This document shows positions 1 through 8,655 of a stretch of 59,331 nucleotides of DNA, in pieces (the first letter of the stretch is position 1; each line of letters opens with the position of its first letter). Both the position numbers and the translations under genes were made by a program. Location of the stretch: contig CAYPTS010000002.1 of assembly GCA_964413825.1 (NCBI GenBank), positions 1 through 59,331 of the forward strand, written 5' to 3'. This DNA is from an uncultured bacterium (GTDB lineage Bacteria > Ratteibacteria > UBA8468 > B48-G9 > JAFGKM01). Under the pieces are notes generated by a model. It was not told the DNA's origin. It saw only the letters and a list, made by a program, of their open reading frames with translations, and made no database searches.

Positions 1-779
1 CCGTCCGGCTTGTTGGGCAATGCCCGCAGGGCGTCAATGTCCGCTTCTGTCGTAATGCCCCCGGAAATTATGACTTCCCCGGGTTTTTCCGGGCAGAGAG
101 AAATTTTGTCCAGTATGTTCTTTACCGAGTTGATGTCTATGCCTTCGAGCGTCCCGTCTTTGTCAACGTTGGTAATGACGAATCTTTTGTATCCTTTTGC
201 AAGCAGTTTTTTTATAACGTAGTGCGGCGTCAGCGGCACCGCTACCTCCCAGCCGCTCAGCGCGGTTTCGTCCTTACGATAGTCCACCGCAACCAGTATT
301 TTTTCCTTAAGGGTGCTGTCCATCCTGTCGAGGAGTCCGGGTTCGGGTATTTCAATATCCTCCCTGAATTCTTTCCCGCCCTGCTGATAGAAAAGTTTTA
401 TGTCGTTTTTCGTGAAACCTTCTTCCATTGCGAGCGGTATCAGTATGGATGTGCCCATAATGAAGAAATCCACGCCCATGTCCGAGAATTTTTTAATCTG
501 TCCGTAATTTCTTATGCCGCCGCCGAGCTGTATCCTGCATTCTGCGGAGTAAATATCCCGTGTTTTTATAATCTGTTCAAGCGCGTTTTCTTCTTTTTCC
601 AGTTTCCCCGTGTGCGCTCCCCAGAGAAAAACTATGTGCAGTCTTTTGATGCCGGCTATAAGGTAGTCCCGGACAATATCGCCTGCTCCGGCTTCATATC
701 TTTCGACCTTGTTGAAATCTCCCTTGTACAGTCTGACAACCTCACTGCTTTTTAAATCTACGGCGGGGATAATTAGCAT
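1..779 (-). CDS. hisA: HisA-like ProFAR isomerase (histidine biosynthesis), 3' end outside window
   Basis: Absent from the ORF track because it runs off the window edge. Hand translation of the minus strand from the ATG (complement of 777-779) gives MLIIPAVDLKSSEVVRLYKGDFNKVERYEAG..., later ..QLGGGIRNYGQIKKF.. and ..VIISGGITTEADIDAL.., typical HisA/HisF barrel motifs. The plus-strand ORFs here look spurious. Confidence 0.8.
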   Translation of the reverse strand, partial: MLIIPAVDLKSSEVVRLYKGDFNKVERYEAGAGDIVRDYLIAGIKRLHIVFLWGAHTGKLEKEENALEQIIKTRDIYSAECRIQLGGGIRNYGQIKKFSDMGVDFFIMGTSILIPLAMEEGFTKNDIKLFYQQGGKEFREDIEIPEPGLLDRMDSTLKEKILVAVDYRKDETALSGWEVAVPLTPHYVIKKLLAKGYKRFVITNVDKDGTLEGIDINSVKNILDKISLCPEKPGEVIISGGITTEADIDALRALPNKPD

Positions 780-2742
780 TTTTCTTAACCCTCTCGGTAT
801 ATTTACATTCAGGGAAATTGGGGCAGGCAAGAAAGGTGCCGTATTTTCCCTTTTTGACTGTCAGGGGCACCTTGCAGTTCGGGCATGTCCGGTCACCCAC
901 GATTGTTTCGTCGACTATGGGTTCTTTGTAGGTGCATTCCGGAAAATTCGGACACCCGAGGAACATGCCGTACCGTCCCTTTTTGACTGTCAGGGGCACC
1001 TTGCAGTTCGGGCATTCTTTTTCTCCCGCAAAGACCTTGTCGAATATCATGCTCGATTTATCCTTGTTGTTCTCGGCCTTTGCCAGAAGCGGTTTATAGT
1101 TGTCGTAGAATTCTTTCAGTACGTTTGTCCATTTCCTGTCTCCCTCCGCTATCCTGTCGAGGTCGTCTTCCATTCCCGCAGTAAAATCAACTTTGATTAT
1201 GTCCTGGAAAAACTGCATCAGTATTTCATGGACTACCCTGCCTGTTTTTAGAGGTATCAGCGCGCGTTTTTCTATTTTTACGTACCCCCTGTTCAGGAGG
1301 ATGGATATGGTGGGCGCATAGGTGGACGGCCTGCCGATATTGTTTTTTTCAAGCGCCTTAATCAGGGTTGCCTCGGTGTATCTCGGCGGCGGATTGGTTT
1401 GGTGTTCTTCCTTTGCGTACCGCAGGACGTTGAGAGTCTCGCCTTTTTGAATGCCGGGCAAAAGTTCTTCGCCCCTGTCTATCTTTGTATTCCACACCTT
1501 CATAAAACCGTCGAATTTTACGGAGTTGCATTCAGCCGTAAAACCGTATTTCCCGTTTTGTGCGAGAATCTTTATGTTGTCAATCTCCGCTTCTTTCATC
1601 TGGCTTGCGGTAAAACGTTCCCATATGAGTTTGTAAAGTTTGTACTGTTCCTCGCTGAGATGACTTTTAATTTTCTCAGGCGTTCTTAAAACGGACGTTG
1701 GTCTGATTGCTTCGTGCGCTTCCTGTGCGGACGAGGATTTGCTTTTGTAAAAATGCGGTTTTTCAGGCAGATACGCATCTCCGAATGTTTCTCCGATGTA
1801 CCGTATGACCTCGCTTTTTGCGGGCTTTGCCACCGAGGGGGAATCGGTTCTCATGTATGTAATCAGTCCGATGTTTTTGCCTTCAATAGAGATTCCCTCG
1901 TATAACTGCTGGGCAATAACCATCGTTCTTGAAGATGAGAACCCGAGTTTTACGGATGATTCCTGCTGGAGAGTGCTTGTGATGAACGGAGGATACGGCC
2001 TGATACGTTTTACCGTACCGGTTTTCTCCGTTACAGCGAGTGTGCCCAATTCAAGTTCGGCAAGTATGCCGTCAACTTCTTTTGAGTCCTTCACCCCGTA
2101 TTTTTCTATTTTTTTACCGTTAATTTCCGAAAGGGACAGAAAAAAATTCCCCCCGTTTTTTTCGGATTCCGCTTGTACCGTCCAGTATGTCTGCGGGACA
2201 AATCCTTCAATTTCCTTTTCTCTCTCAACTATCAGCCGCAGTGCCACCGATTGCACCCTGCCAGCGGAAAGTCCTCTTCCGAGGAAAGGACTTAACGTAT
2301 ATCCGACTATCCTGTCCAGTATTCTTCTTGTCTGTTGTGCATAAACGAGGTTTAAGGAAATGGTCCTCGGAGAGTTGAAAGCCGCCCTCACTGCTTCAGG
2401 AACTATTTCATGGAAAGCGACGCGTTTTACCTCTGCGGGATTTTTGCCGATTGCGTATGCTATATGCCATGCGATAGCTTCACCTTCCCTGTCTTCGTCG
2501 GTCGCAAGGTAAACCTCCCCGTATTCACCGGCGGATTTTTTAAGGTTAGCCACGACCGTTTTTTTGCCGGGTATCAGTACGTATTTCGGTTCAAAATCTT
2601 TTTCTATCTTAACCCCCATCTCGTTTGCGGGCAGGTCTCTTATATGCCCCATGGTTGCCATGACTCTGTATTCACTGCCCAGTATTCCTTCTATGGTTTT
2701 TGCTTTTGTGGGGGATTCAACTATAATAAGTCCCTTTTTCAT
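742..2742 (-). CDS. topA: DNA topoisomerase I with two C-terminal C4 zinc ribbons
   Basis: MKKGLIIVESPTKAKTIEG.. Toprim N-terminus, ..ATDEDREGEAIAWH.., and a duplicated CPNCKVPLTVKKG.YG.FL.CPNFPEC motif. Start set at the internal Met (2742); the tracked ORF extends upstream only by reading through an intergenic repeat. Confidence 0.95.
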   Translation of the reverse strand: MKKGLIIVESPTKAKTIEGILGSEYRVMATMGHIRDLPANEMGVKIEKDFEPKYVLIPGKKTVVANLKKSAGEYGEVYLATDEDREGEAIAWHIAYAIGKNPAEVKRVAFHEIVPEAVRAAFNSPRTISLNLVYAQQTRRILDRIVGYTLSPFLGRGLSAGRVQSVALRLIVEREKEIEGFVPQTYWTVQAESEKNGGNFFLSLSEINGKKIEKYGVKDSKEVDGILAELELGTLAVTEKTGTVKRIRPYPPFITSTLQQESSVKLGFSSSRTMVIAQQLYEGISIEGKNIGLITYMRTDSPSVAKPAKSEVIRYIGETFGDAYLPEKPHFYKSKSSSAQEAHEAIRPTSVLRTPEKIKSHLSEEQYKLYKLIWERFTASQMKEAEIDNIKILAQNGKYGFTAECNSVKFDGFMKVWNTKIDRGEELLPGIQKGETLNVLRYAKEEHQTNPPPRYTEATLIKALEKNNIGRPSTYAPTISILLNRGYVKIEKRALIPLKTGRVVHEILMQFFQDIIKVDFTAGMEDDLDRIAEGDRKWTNVLKEFYDNYKPLLAKAENNKDKSSMIFDKVFAGEKECPNCKVPLTVKKGRYGMFLGCPNFPECTYKEPIVDETIVGDRTCPNCKVPLTVKKGKYGTFLACPNFPECKYTERVKKNANYPRRRFKKQ

Positions 2743-2764
2743 CTGATTTATACCTCTCTTTTTT

Positions 2765-2817
2765 TGTGGGAAAGGTCTCCCGACCTTGACCTCGGCATCA
2801 GGAGATGCCTCCCACAA
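2765..2817 (+). repeat. Hairpin repeat type A, copy 1 (GTGGGARAGGTCTCC ... GGAGATGCCTCCCAC)
   Basis: Imperfect inverted repeat between divergent topA and murG. A very similar 52-nt sequence occurs at 12641-12692 in the same orientation. Confidence 0.8.
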
Positions 2818-2883
2818 TAATGTGAAAAAAATTTAAATTACCCTTATTATAGTACTTTTTTCTCATAATAAAAATCAAGTGTG

Positions 2884-2892
2884 TGCTATAAT
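2884..2892 (+). promoter_or_regulatory. Extended -10 promoter element TGCTATAAT, 6 nt upstream of the murG ATG
   Basis: TGcTATAAT at 2884-2892 is followed by gtacgg and then ATG at 2899. There is no Shine-Dalgarno sequence in between. Confidence 0.45.
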
Positions 2893-2898
2893 GTACGG

Positions 2899-3984
2899 AT
2901 GCCGGAAGTAAAAACGAAGGTTGCGGTGGTAACGGGTCCCACGGGAGGGCATTTTTTTCCCGGCTTGGCTATGGGAGAGGGGCTGGCGGAGAAAGGAAAG
3001 ATTGAGGTGTATTTTTTCGTGCCGCGCAGGAGGTATCTGGCCGACTGGCTGGAAAAGAAGGGTTTTGGATATAATTTCATACCGGAGGTCAGACTCACCT
3101 TTAGAAACTTTTTATTTCCTGTGAAATTCCTGCATGCTTTTTTCCGCGCCTGCCTGTTTTTATCGGCCGGCAGGTTTGACTGCGTTGTTATTACCGGCAG
3201 TTATGCGACGGTCCCATTTCTGGCGGCGGCGAGGTTTTTCCGCGCGAGAATTTTCGTTCATGAGCAGAATTACCTTCCGGGCAGGGTGACAAAAATCTCC
3301 GCCCGGATTGCGGACCGCATAGCGCTTTCGTTTTCGTCTTATTCGGGCCTTCCGGAAAAAAAGTGCGTTGTTTCGGGTTTCCCCGTCATGAGTGATTTTA
3401 TGCGGCGTTTTCCGAGAGCCGGGGTGCTGGATGAGTTTGGTTTTTCTGCAGGCAACAAGACAGTTTTGGTTCTCGGCGGCAGCCAGGGAGCGCTTTTTAT
3501 CAATGAGTTGATAATCAGGAATCTGGAGTTTTTAAAGGGAAAAAATGTGCAGTTTCTGCACCTTGCCGGCAGGGGAAAAGATGTGCTTGCAGGTGAATAC
3601 GGCAAGCATGGAGTACCGGCGAGGGTTTACGATTTTTATTATGATATGGCGAAACTATATTCGGTTGCGGACCTCGTTATATGCAGGGCGGGAGCGGGAA
3701 CTCTTGCGGAAATAAGCGGATGGAATCTGCCGGCCATAGTTGTTCCGTATCCCTATGCGGGCGGGCACCAGAAGTACAATGCGCTGTATTTTGAGGAACG
3801 CGGGGGCTGTAAAATGCTTGAACAGAACATGGAAAGCATAAAGGCTTTTCCTGCAGTGTTTGAAAAAGCGATTAAAGAACTTGATGTGATGAAACAAAAT
3901 ATGAAAAAGGCGTCTATTGCGGATTCCCGCGGTGGTAACGTCGACCGGATATTGGAGCTGCTGGATGGAAAAAAACATTCTTGA
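2899..3984 (+). CDS. murG: Undecaprenyldiphospho-muramoylpentapeptide beta-N-acetylglucosaminyltransferase
   Basis: VAVVTGPTGGHFFPGLA.., VLVLGGSQGA.., ADLVICRAGAGTLAEI.. and ..GGHQKYNA.. are GT28 MurG motifs. Confidence 0.9.
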   Translation: MPEVKTKVAVVTGPTGGHFFPGLAMGEGLAEKGKIEVYFFVPRRRYLADWLEKKGFGYNFIPEVRLTFRNFLFPVKFLHAFFRACLFLSAGRFDCVVITGSYATVPFLAAARFFRARIFVHEQNYLPGRVTKISARIADRIALSFSSYSGLPEKKCVVSGFPVMSDFMRRFPRAGVLDEFGFSAGNKTVLVLGGSQGALFINELIIRNLEFLKGKNVQFLHLAGRGKDVLAGEYGKHGVPARVYDFYYDMAKLYSVADLVICRAGAGTLAEISGWNLPAIVVPYPYAGGHQKYNALYFEERGGCKMLEQNMESIKAFPAVFEKAIKELDVMKQNMKKASIADSRGGNVDRILELLDGKKHS

Positions 3985-5359
3985 CGGGACAAACAGGATT
4001 TACCTTATAGGTATTGGCGGGACGGGCATGAGCGGGCTTGCTAAACTTTTACTGGATATGGGAAAAAAAGTTGCAGGGTCGGATAACACTCCCTCGGCAA
4101 CGCTGAAAGAACTTGAAAATAAAGGCATCCGGGTTTTCTGTCCGCAGGCGGAAAAAAACGTAGCCGGCAGAAAAATAGGCCTTGCCGTGTATTCTCACGC
4201 GATTTTTCCGGATAATCCCGAATACAAAACGTTTCTTCAGGAAAGAATACCCATGATAACTTATCCTCGGGCCGTAGGATGCCTGATGGAAAAAAAAAGG
4301 GGGATAGCGGTTGCGGGAACCCATGGAAAAACAACTACGTCGTCGCTTATAGTCTCTGTATTGAAGAAGTCCGGCTGTTCGCCCTCTTTCCTTCTTGGCG
4401 GAGAAATTTCCGGTCTTGGGAATTCAGGCGTCGGCGCCGGCGAACTCCTCGTGGTGGAAGCATGCGAGTATAAAAGGTCCTTTCTTAACTACTTTCCTGA
4501 AATAGCTTTATTGACCAGTATAGAAAAAGACCACCTGGATTACTACAAGGACATTGCAGACATAAAGAGCTCCTTTGAGGATTTTATCGGAAACGTAAGG
4601 AATGAAGGACTGGTGATATATTGCGCCGACGACCGCAATGTTTTGTCGGTCGTTAAAAAACATCAAAGGAAAAACCGCGTGTCTTACGGCTTGAAGAGCG
4701 GCCAATGGACTGCAGGGAACATAAGGTTCGCAGGGAGATATTCTGAATTTGACTGCTTTTTTGAAGGGAGAAAAGAAGCGTCGGTGAGACTCGGAATTTC
4801 AGGGGTGCATAACGTGCAGAATTCGCTTGCCGCAATTGCTTGTGCGAGGCATCTCGGCGTACAGTGGGAGGGCATAAAGAAAGGGCTTGAAGAGTTCAAC
4901 GGAGTTCACAGAAGGTGTGAATTTCTCGGCAAAATCCGCGGCGTCACGATGATTGACGACTACGGACACCACCCAACGGAGATAAAGTGCACGCTCAAAT
5001 GTGTCAGGGAGATGTTTCCAAATTCACGGATGATTGTCGTCTTTCAGCCGCACCAATACAGCCGCACCCGTTTTCTCCTGAAAGAGTTTGCCGTGTCGTT
5101 TGCCGCCGCTGACAAGGTGGTTGTGCCCGATATTTATTTCGTGAGGGATTCAATTCTTGAAAAGAAACTCGTCAATGCGCAGATTCTCGTAGAAAAGATA
5201 AGAAAGAAAGGCGGTGAAGCTTTGTACCTGCCGACTTTTGAGGAAATTGTCGAATATCTGCACGAAATTGTAAAAGAGGGCGACGTCGTGCTTACGATAG
5301 GAGCGGGACCGGTTAACAAGGTGGCCGAAGGACTCCTTAAAAAATTGAGGGAAAAATGA
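3965..5359 (+). CDS. murC: UDP-N-acetylmuramate--L-alanine ligase
   Basis: IYLIGIGGTGMSGLAKLLLDMGKKVAGSD, GIAVAGTHGKTTTSSL and DDYGHHPTEI. Start taken at MEKNIL, overlapping the murG end. Confidence 0.93.
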   Translation: MEKNILDGTNRIYLIGIGGTGMSGLAKLLLDMGKKVAGSDNTPSATLKELENKGIRVFCPQAEKNVAGRKIGLAVYSHAIFPDNPEYKTFLQERIPMITYPRAVGCLMEKKRGIAVAGTHGKTTTSSLIVSVLKKSGCSPSFLLGGEISGLGNSGVGAGELLVVEACEYKRSFLNYFPEIALLTSIEKDHLDYYKDIADIKSSFEDFIGNVRNEGLVIYCADDRNVLSVVKKHQRKNRVSYGLKSGQWTAGNIRFAGRYSEFDCFFEGRKEASVRLGISGVHNVQNSLAAIACARHLGVQWEGIKKGLEEFNGVHRRCEFLGKIRGVTMIDDYGHHPTEIKCTLKCVREMFPNSRMIVVFQPHQYSRTRFLLKEFAVSFAAADKVVVPDIYFVRDSILEKKLVNAQILVEKIRKKGGEALYLPTFEEIVEYLHEIVKEGDVVLTIGAGPVNKVAEGLLKKLREK

Positions 5360-6030
5360 GCGGCAGTGGTCTTACAAGGGATGAAATAGCGGCAATAGAA
5401 AAGGAAACCGAAGAGAAGTACGGGATAAGCCGCCTGATTCTCATGGAAAATGCGGGAAGGCTGACCGCCGAAACCGTCGCGGAAAGGTGCGGTGAGATAC
5501 AAGGGAAGAAGGTCTGCATTGTTTCAGGAAAAGGGAACAACGGAGGAGACGGCTTTGTTGCCGCCAGGTATCTTTTTAACATGGGTGCCGGTGTGAAGGT
5601 TTTTTATTGCGGCTTTCCGGGATCGTTTACCTCGATTTCCTTTACAAATTATGAAATCTTATGTAAAATGAACATTGAAAGTTTTTCTCTTGAAAATGCG
5701 AAATCTGCGGATTTTGAACTGAAAGATGCGGATGTAGTAGTTGATGCTCTTTTTGGAACAGGCGTAAGGGGCGAGGTTGCAGGCCGCCCGGCAGAGTTAA
5801 TAGCGGCGGTAAACGAAAGCAGGAAATTCATAGTATGCGCCGATATCCCTTCCGGTCTGGATGCGGATACCGGAAGAATTTGCGGGACTGCCGTGAGGGG
5901 ATGCGTAACGGTCAGTTTCGGTTTTGCCAAAAAGGGATTTTTTCTCAACGACGGTCCGGAATATTGCGGGGATATAGTGGTTAAGGATATAGGATTTCCT
6001 AAGTTTTTCAAGAGAATGGATAAAAGATGA
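5356..6030 (+). CDS. nnrE: NAD(P)H-hydrate epimerase (YjeF N-terminal domain only)
   Basis: LMENAGR.., SGKGNNGGDGFVAARYL and DALFGTG. ATGA overlap with the murC stop. Confidence 0.8.
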   Translation: MSGSGLTRDEIAAIEKETEEKYGISRLILMENAGRLTAETVAERCGEIQGKKVCIVSGKGNNGGDGFVAARYLFNMGAGVKVFYCGFPGSFTSISFTNYEILCKMNIESFSLENAKSADFELKDADVVVDALFGTGVRGEVAGRPAELIAAVNESRKFIVCADIPSGLDADTGRICGTAVRGCVTVSFGFAKKGFFLNDGPEYCGDIVVKDIGFPKFFKRMDKR

Positions 6031-8654
6031 TGAAAAAAACATATGCGGAAAACGCGGGATTTCTAATAGCGGTTTTTACGTTATGCGCACTGCTGAATTG
6101 TGCGGAAATTGATACCGGCGGACTGCAATCCGGAACCTTTGGCAAAAAGGTTCAGATAATAGACAGAATAGTTAATACGAAAAATAAGGTATATCTGCCG
6201 GAACTCGGAGCGGTTCTTCAGCATGAAAAAAATGAAGAAATAAGAAGCAAAGCGGTTCTCGCTCTTCTGGAAATAGGCGATTCAACCTGTATCCCGTATT
6301 TTAAAACGGCGTTGGAGGACAGTTACTGGCAGGTGCGGCTTTATGGAGTGCAGGGGCTTGTAAAATACGGAGAAGGCAACATGATGCCGGTGTTCAAGTC
6401 CGCGATGAAGGACAGTTACTGGCAGGTGCGGTATTATGCCGCCGCGGGATTGAGCAAGTACGGCAACGAAGCCGTCGTGCCTGACCTTGCCGGTTATCTG
6501 CAGGATTCCAATGAGAAGGTAAGCGAACAGGTTTTGTGGGCGCTCTTGACGCTGATGGGGGACGATGAAGCAAGGGCGGCATTCAAGAGACTGCCCGAAG
6601 ACAGGATAAAGCCTGTTGTAGATAAGACCAGAAGTGCGAATCCTGAAATCAGGATAAGAAGCTTGTGGCTGCTTGAGTCTACCGGCGACAACAGGGCAAT
6701 TCCCCATTTCATCAGGATGCTTTCCGATGAAAACGATGAAATCAGAATAAGAGCGCTGTGGGCGCTCGAAAATTTTAAAAGCAGTGACGGGGGAAAAGAA
6801 ATAGAGTCTCTCATGCTGGATGAATCCGTCAGGGTAAAAATAGAAAGCATAAAGGTTCTGGCGCATCTTAAGATGGAAGAGGGTATTGCGGGGCTGGTAA
6901 AAGGGCTTTCCGACCGCAGCGATTCTGTAAGGATTTATTCGCTGTGGGCGCTTGAAAAGTTTAAGCATCCGGCTTCATACCCGGCGGTTGCCGAGTGCCT
7001 CGCAGATTCTTCCCCTGAAGTCAGAAAGTATGCGGCAAGGCTGATAGAGCAGTTAAACGACCCGCTTTTTCTGCCCGTACTGCAAAGGTTTTCAGCAGAT
7101 GAAACCTTTCCTCTCGATGCAAGGCTTGCCGCTTTGCGAATAATGGGTAAAACAGGGGATGCAAGCGTTCGGGAATTTATTCACGTAAATACAGGGGATT
7201 CCGACCCTCTGGTGAGATATGCCGCAATCAAATCCTTATACGACCTTGACAGGTTTGACCCCGTTTACCTGAAAACTCTTGCGTATCTTGAAAACAGCGA
7301 CGCATCGGCCAGGGTGAGGGGCGAGGCGTCAAACCTCCTGCGCGGGATAACGGGAGAAATGCGGTTAATGCTGAAGAATCCGGTACAAAGCGAGCGCAAA
7401 TTTGTTCTTGACAGGCTGGACTCTCTGTCCGGAACCAAGGGCTTTCCGTCTTTGCTGATAGAAATGGCTTCTTCCGGATATCCCGACGTGAGGGAGAAAA
7501 TGCTGGTTCTTGCAAGTGAAAATCCTGAAGGGATTTTTGCCCGCAGTGTGAGAAAAATGATGAAAGAGCCGGACATTGCGACAAGAAAACTTGCCGCACG
7601 CGCTCTGGGCGAGATGAAAGACAGGGAATCGGTGCCGCTGCTGCGGGAAGGGCTTAAACACAGGGACCCCGAACTTCAGATTATATGCGCATGGGCGCTT
7701 GCCAGAATCGGGGCGAAGGAAGGCGTTGCGTCCGTTGCTATTGCTTATCTTGAAGGAAGAAATCCCGAATACCACAAAACCGCCGCCGAAGCGCTCGGTT
7801 TTTTGCAGGATAAAAGGGCGTCCGGTATTCTTCTCAGGCGCATGGCGGATTCGGAACTTGACGTTAAAATTACGTGTGCGTGGGCGCTTGCGCGGATAGG
7901 CGATGCAAGGGGGATGGAGACGCTTGTGAGGTTTTCCGAAGAAGGCGTTGAGCCTGTCAGAACCTCCGCAAACGTTTATCTTGCGGATGCATCGATACCT
8001 TTGAGCCTGCGGCGAAACATTCCGGCGATAAGGGAAAAAATACATTTCGAAAGGCTGGGCATCCGCGAGGTCAGCCCCCGGGTTGTCAGCGCCGGGAAAA
8101 TTTCCGGAACGCTTGAAATAGACGGCGCCGACAGGGAGCGGTTCTGGCAGACCGCCTCAAAAGAAAATCTTTTTCTTGAAGTTCCCGAAGACAAGATTAA
8201 AGCCGAGGTGCAGACCATGGTCTCAATCGGTTACGATGAAAACAACCTGTATTTCTTCTTTATATGCGACGACCCGGATACTTCAAAAATCAACCTTAAC
8301 TCGAGAGATTTTATAACGCTTTCGCTGAATCCCCTTAATTCGGCGGGAGAATGGTACCAGTTTGTCATGCATCCGTTCGGTCACGTAAAGTATTCTTACA
8401 TATGGAAAATTCATACCGATGGCGAACCTGAAAGGTCGTGGACATCCGTATGGAAGGCGGAATCAAAAGTTGAAAATAGAAGATACGTTATTGAAATTGC
8501 AATACCGCTGGAAGACTTAAAGACGGAGAAAATTTCAGGGGGAGACGTATGGAGTGTCAACTTCCAGAGAGAATCCGAGCACGTCCCCCTGACCGCATGG
8601 AGCGGAAGAATCGATAATCCCGAACAGTTCGGCATTCTCCGTTTCAAGGAGTAA
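6027..8654 (+). CDS. Secreted HEAT (PBS-lyase-like) repeat protein with a C-terminal CBM9-like/DOMON-like domain
   Basis: N-terminal hydrophobic signal. More than 10 repeats of the D..VR..A..AL..IGD type (for example DSYWQVRLYG and DSYWQVRYYA). The C-terminus has IDG..RERFWQ.A....YDENNLYFFF.CDDPD...WSVNFQRE, resembling carbohydrate-binding family 9-like domains. ATGA overlap with nnrE. Confidence 0.7.
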   Translation: MMKKTYAENAGFLIAVFTLCALLNCAEIDTGGLQSGTFGKKVQIIDRIVNTKNKVYLPELGAVLQHEKNEEIRSKAVLALLEIGDSTCIPYFKTALEDSYWQVRLYGVQGLVKYGEGNMMPVFKSAMKDSYWQVRYYAAAGLSKYGNEAVVPDLAGYLQDSNEKVSEQVLWALLTLMGDDEARAAFKRLPEDRIKPVVDKTRSANPEIRIRSLWLLESTGDNRAIPHFIRMLSDENDEIRIRALWALENFKSSDGGKEIESLMLDESVRVKIESIKVLAHLKMEEGIAGLVKGLSDRSDSVRIYSLWALEKFKHPASYPAVAECLADSSPEVRKYAARLIEQLNDPLFLPVLQRFSADETFPLDARLAALRIMGKTGDASVREFIHVNTGDSDPLVRYAAIKSLYDLDRFDPVYLKTLAYLENSDASARVRGEASNLLRGITGEMRLMLKNPVQSERKFVLDRLDSLSGTKGFPSLLIEMASSGYPDVREKMLVLASENPEGIFARSVRKMMKEPDIATRKLAARALGEMKDRESVPLLREGLKHRDPELQIICAWALARIGAKEGVASVAIAYLEGRNPEYHKTAAEALGFLQDKRASGILLRRMADSELDVKITCAWALARIGDARGMETLVRFSEEGVEPVRTSANVYLADASIPLSLRRNIPAIREKIHFERLGIREVSPRVVSAGKISGTLEIDGADRERFWQTASKENLFLEVPEDKIKAEVQTMVSIGYDENNLYFFFICDDPDTSKINLNSRDFITLSLNPLNSAGEWYQFVMHPFGHVKYSYIWKIHTDGEPERSWTSVWKAESKVENRRYVIEIAIPLEDLKTEKISGGDVWSVNFQRESEHVPLTAWSGRIDNPEQFGILRFKE

Positions 8655-8655
8655 A

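Noticed and set aside
2743-2817. 25-codon N-terminal extension of topA (MWEASPDAEVKVGRPFPQ..)
   Set aside because: The extension is a read-through of the type A hairpin repeat. The same repeat at 12641-12692 translates similarly in a non-genic context. The canonical Toprim N-terminus starts at the internal Met 2742.
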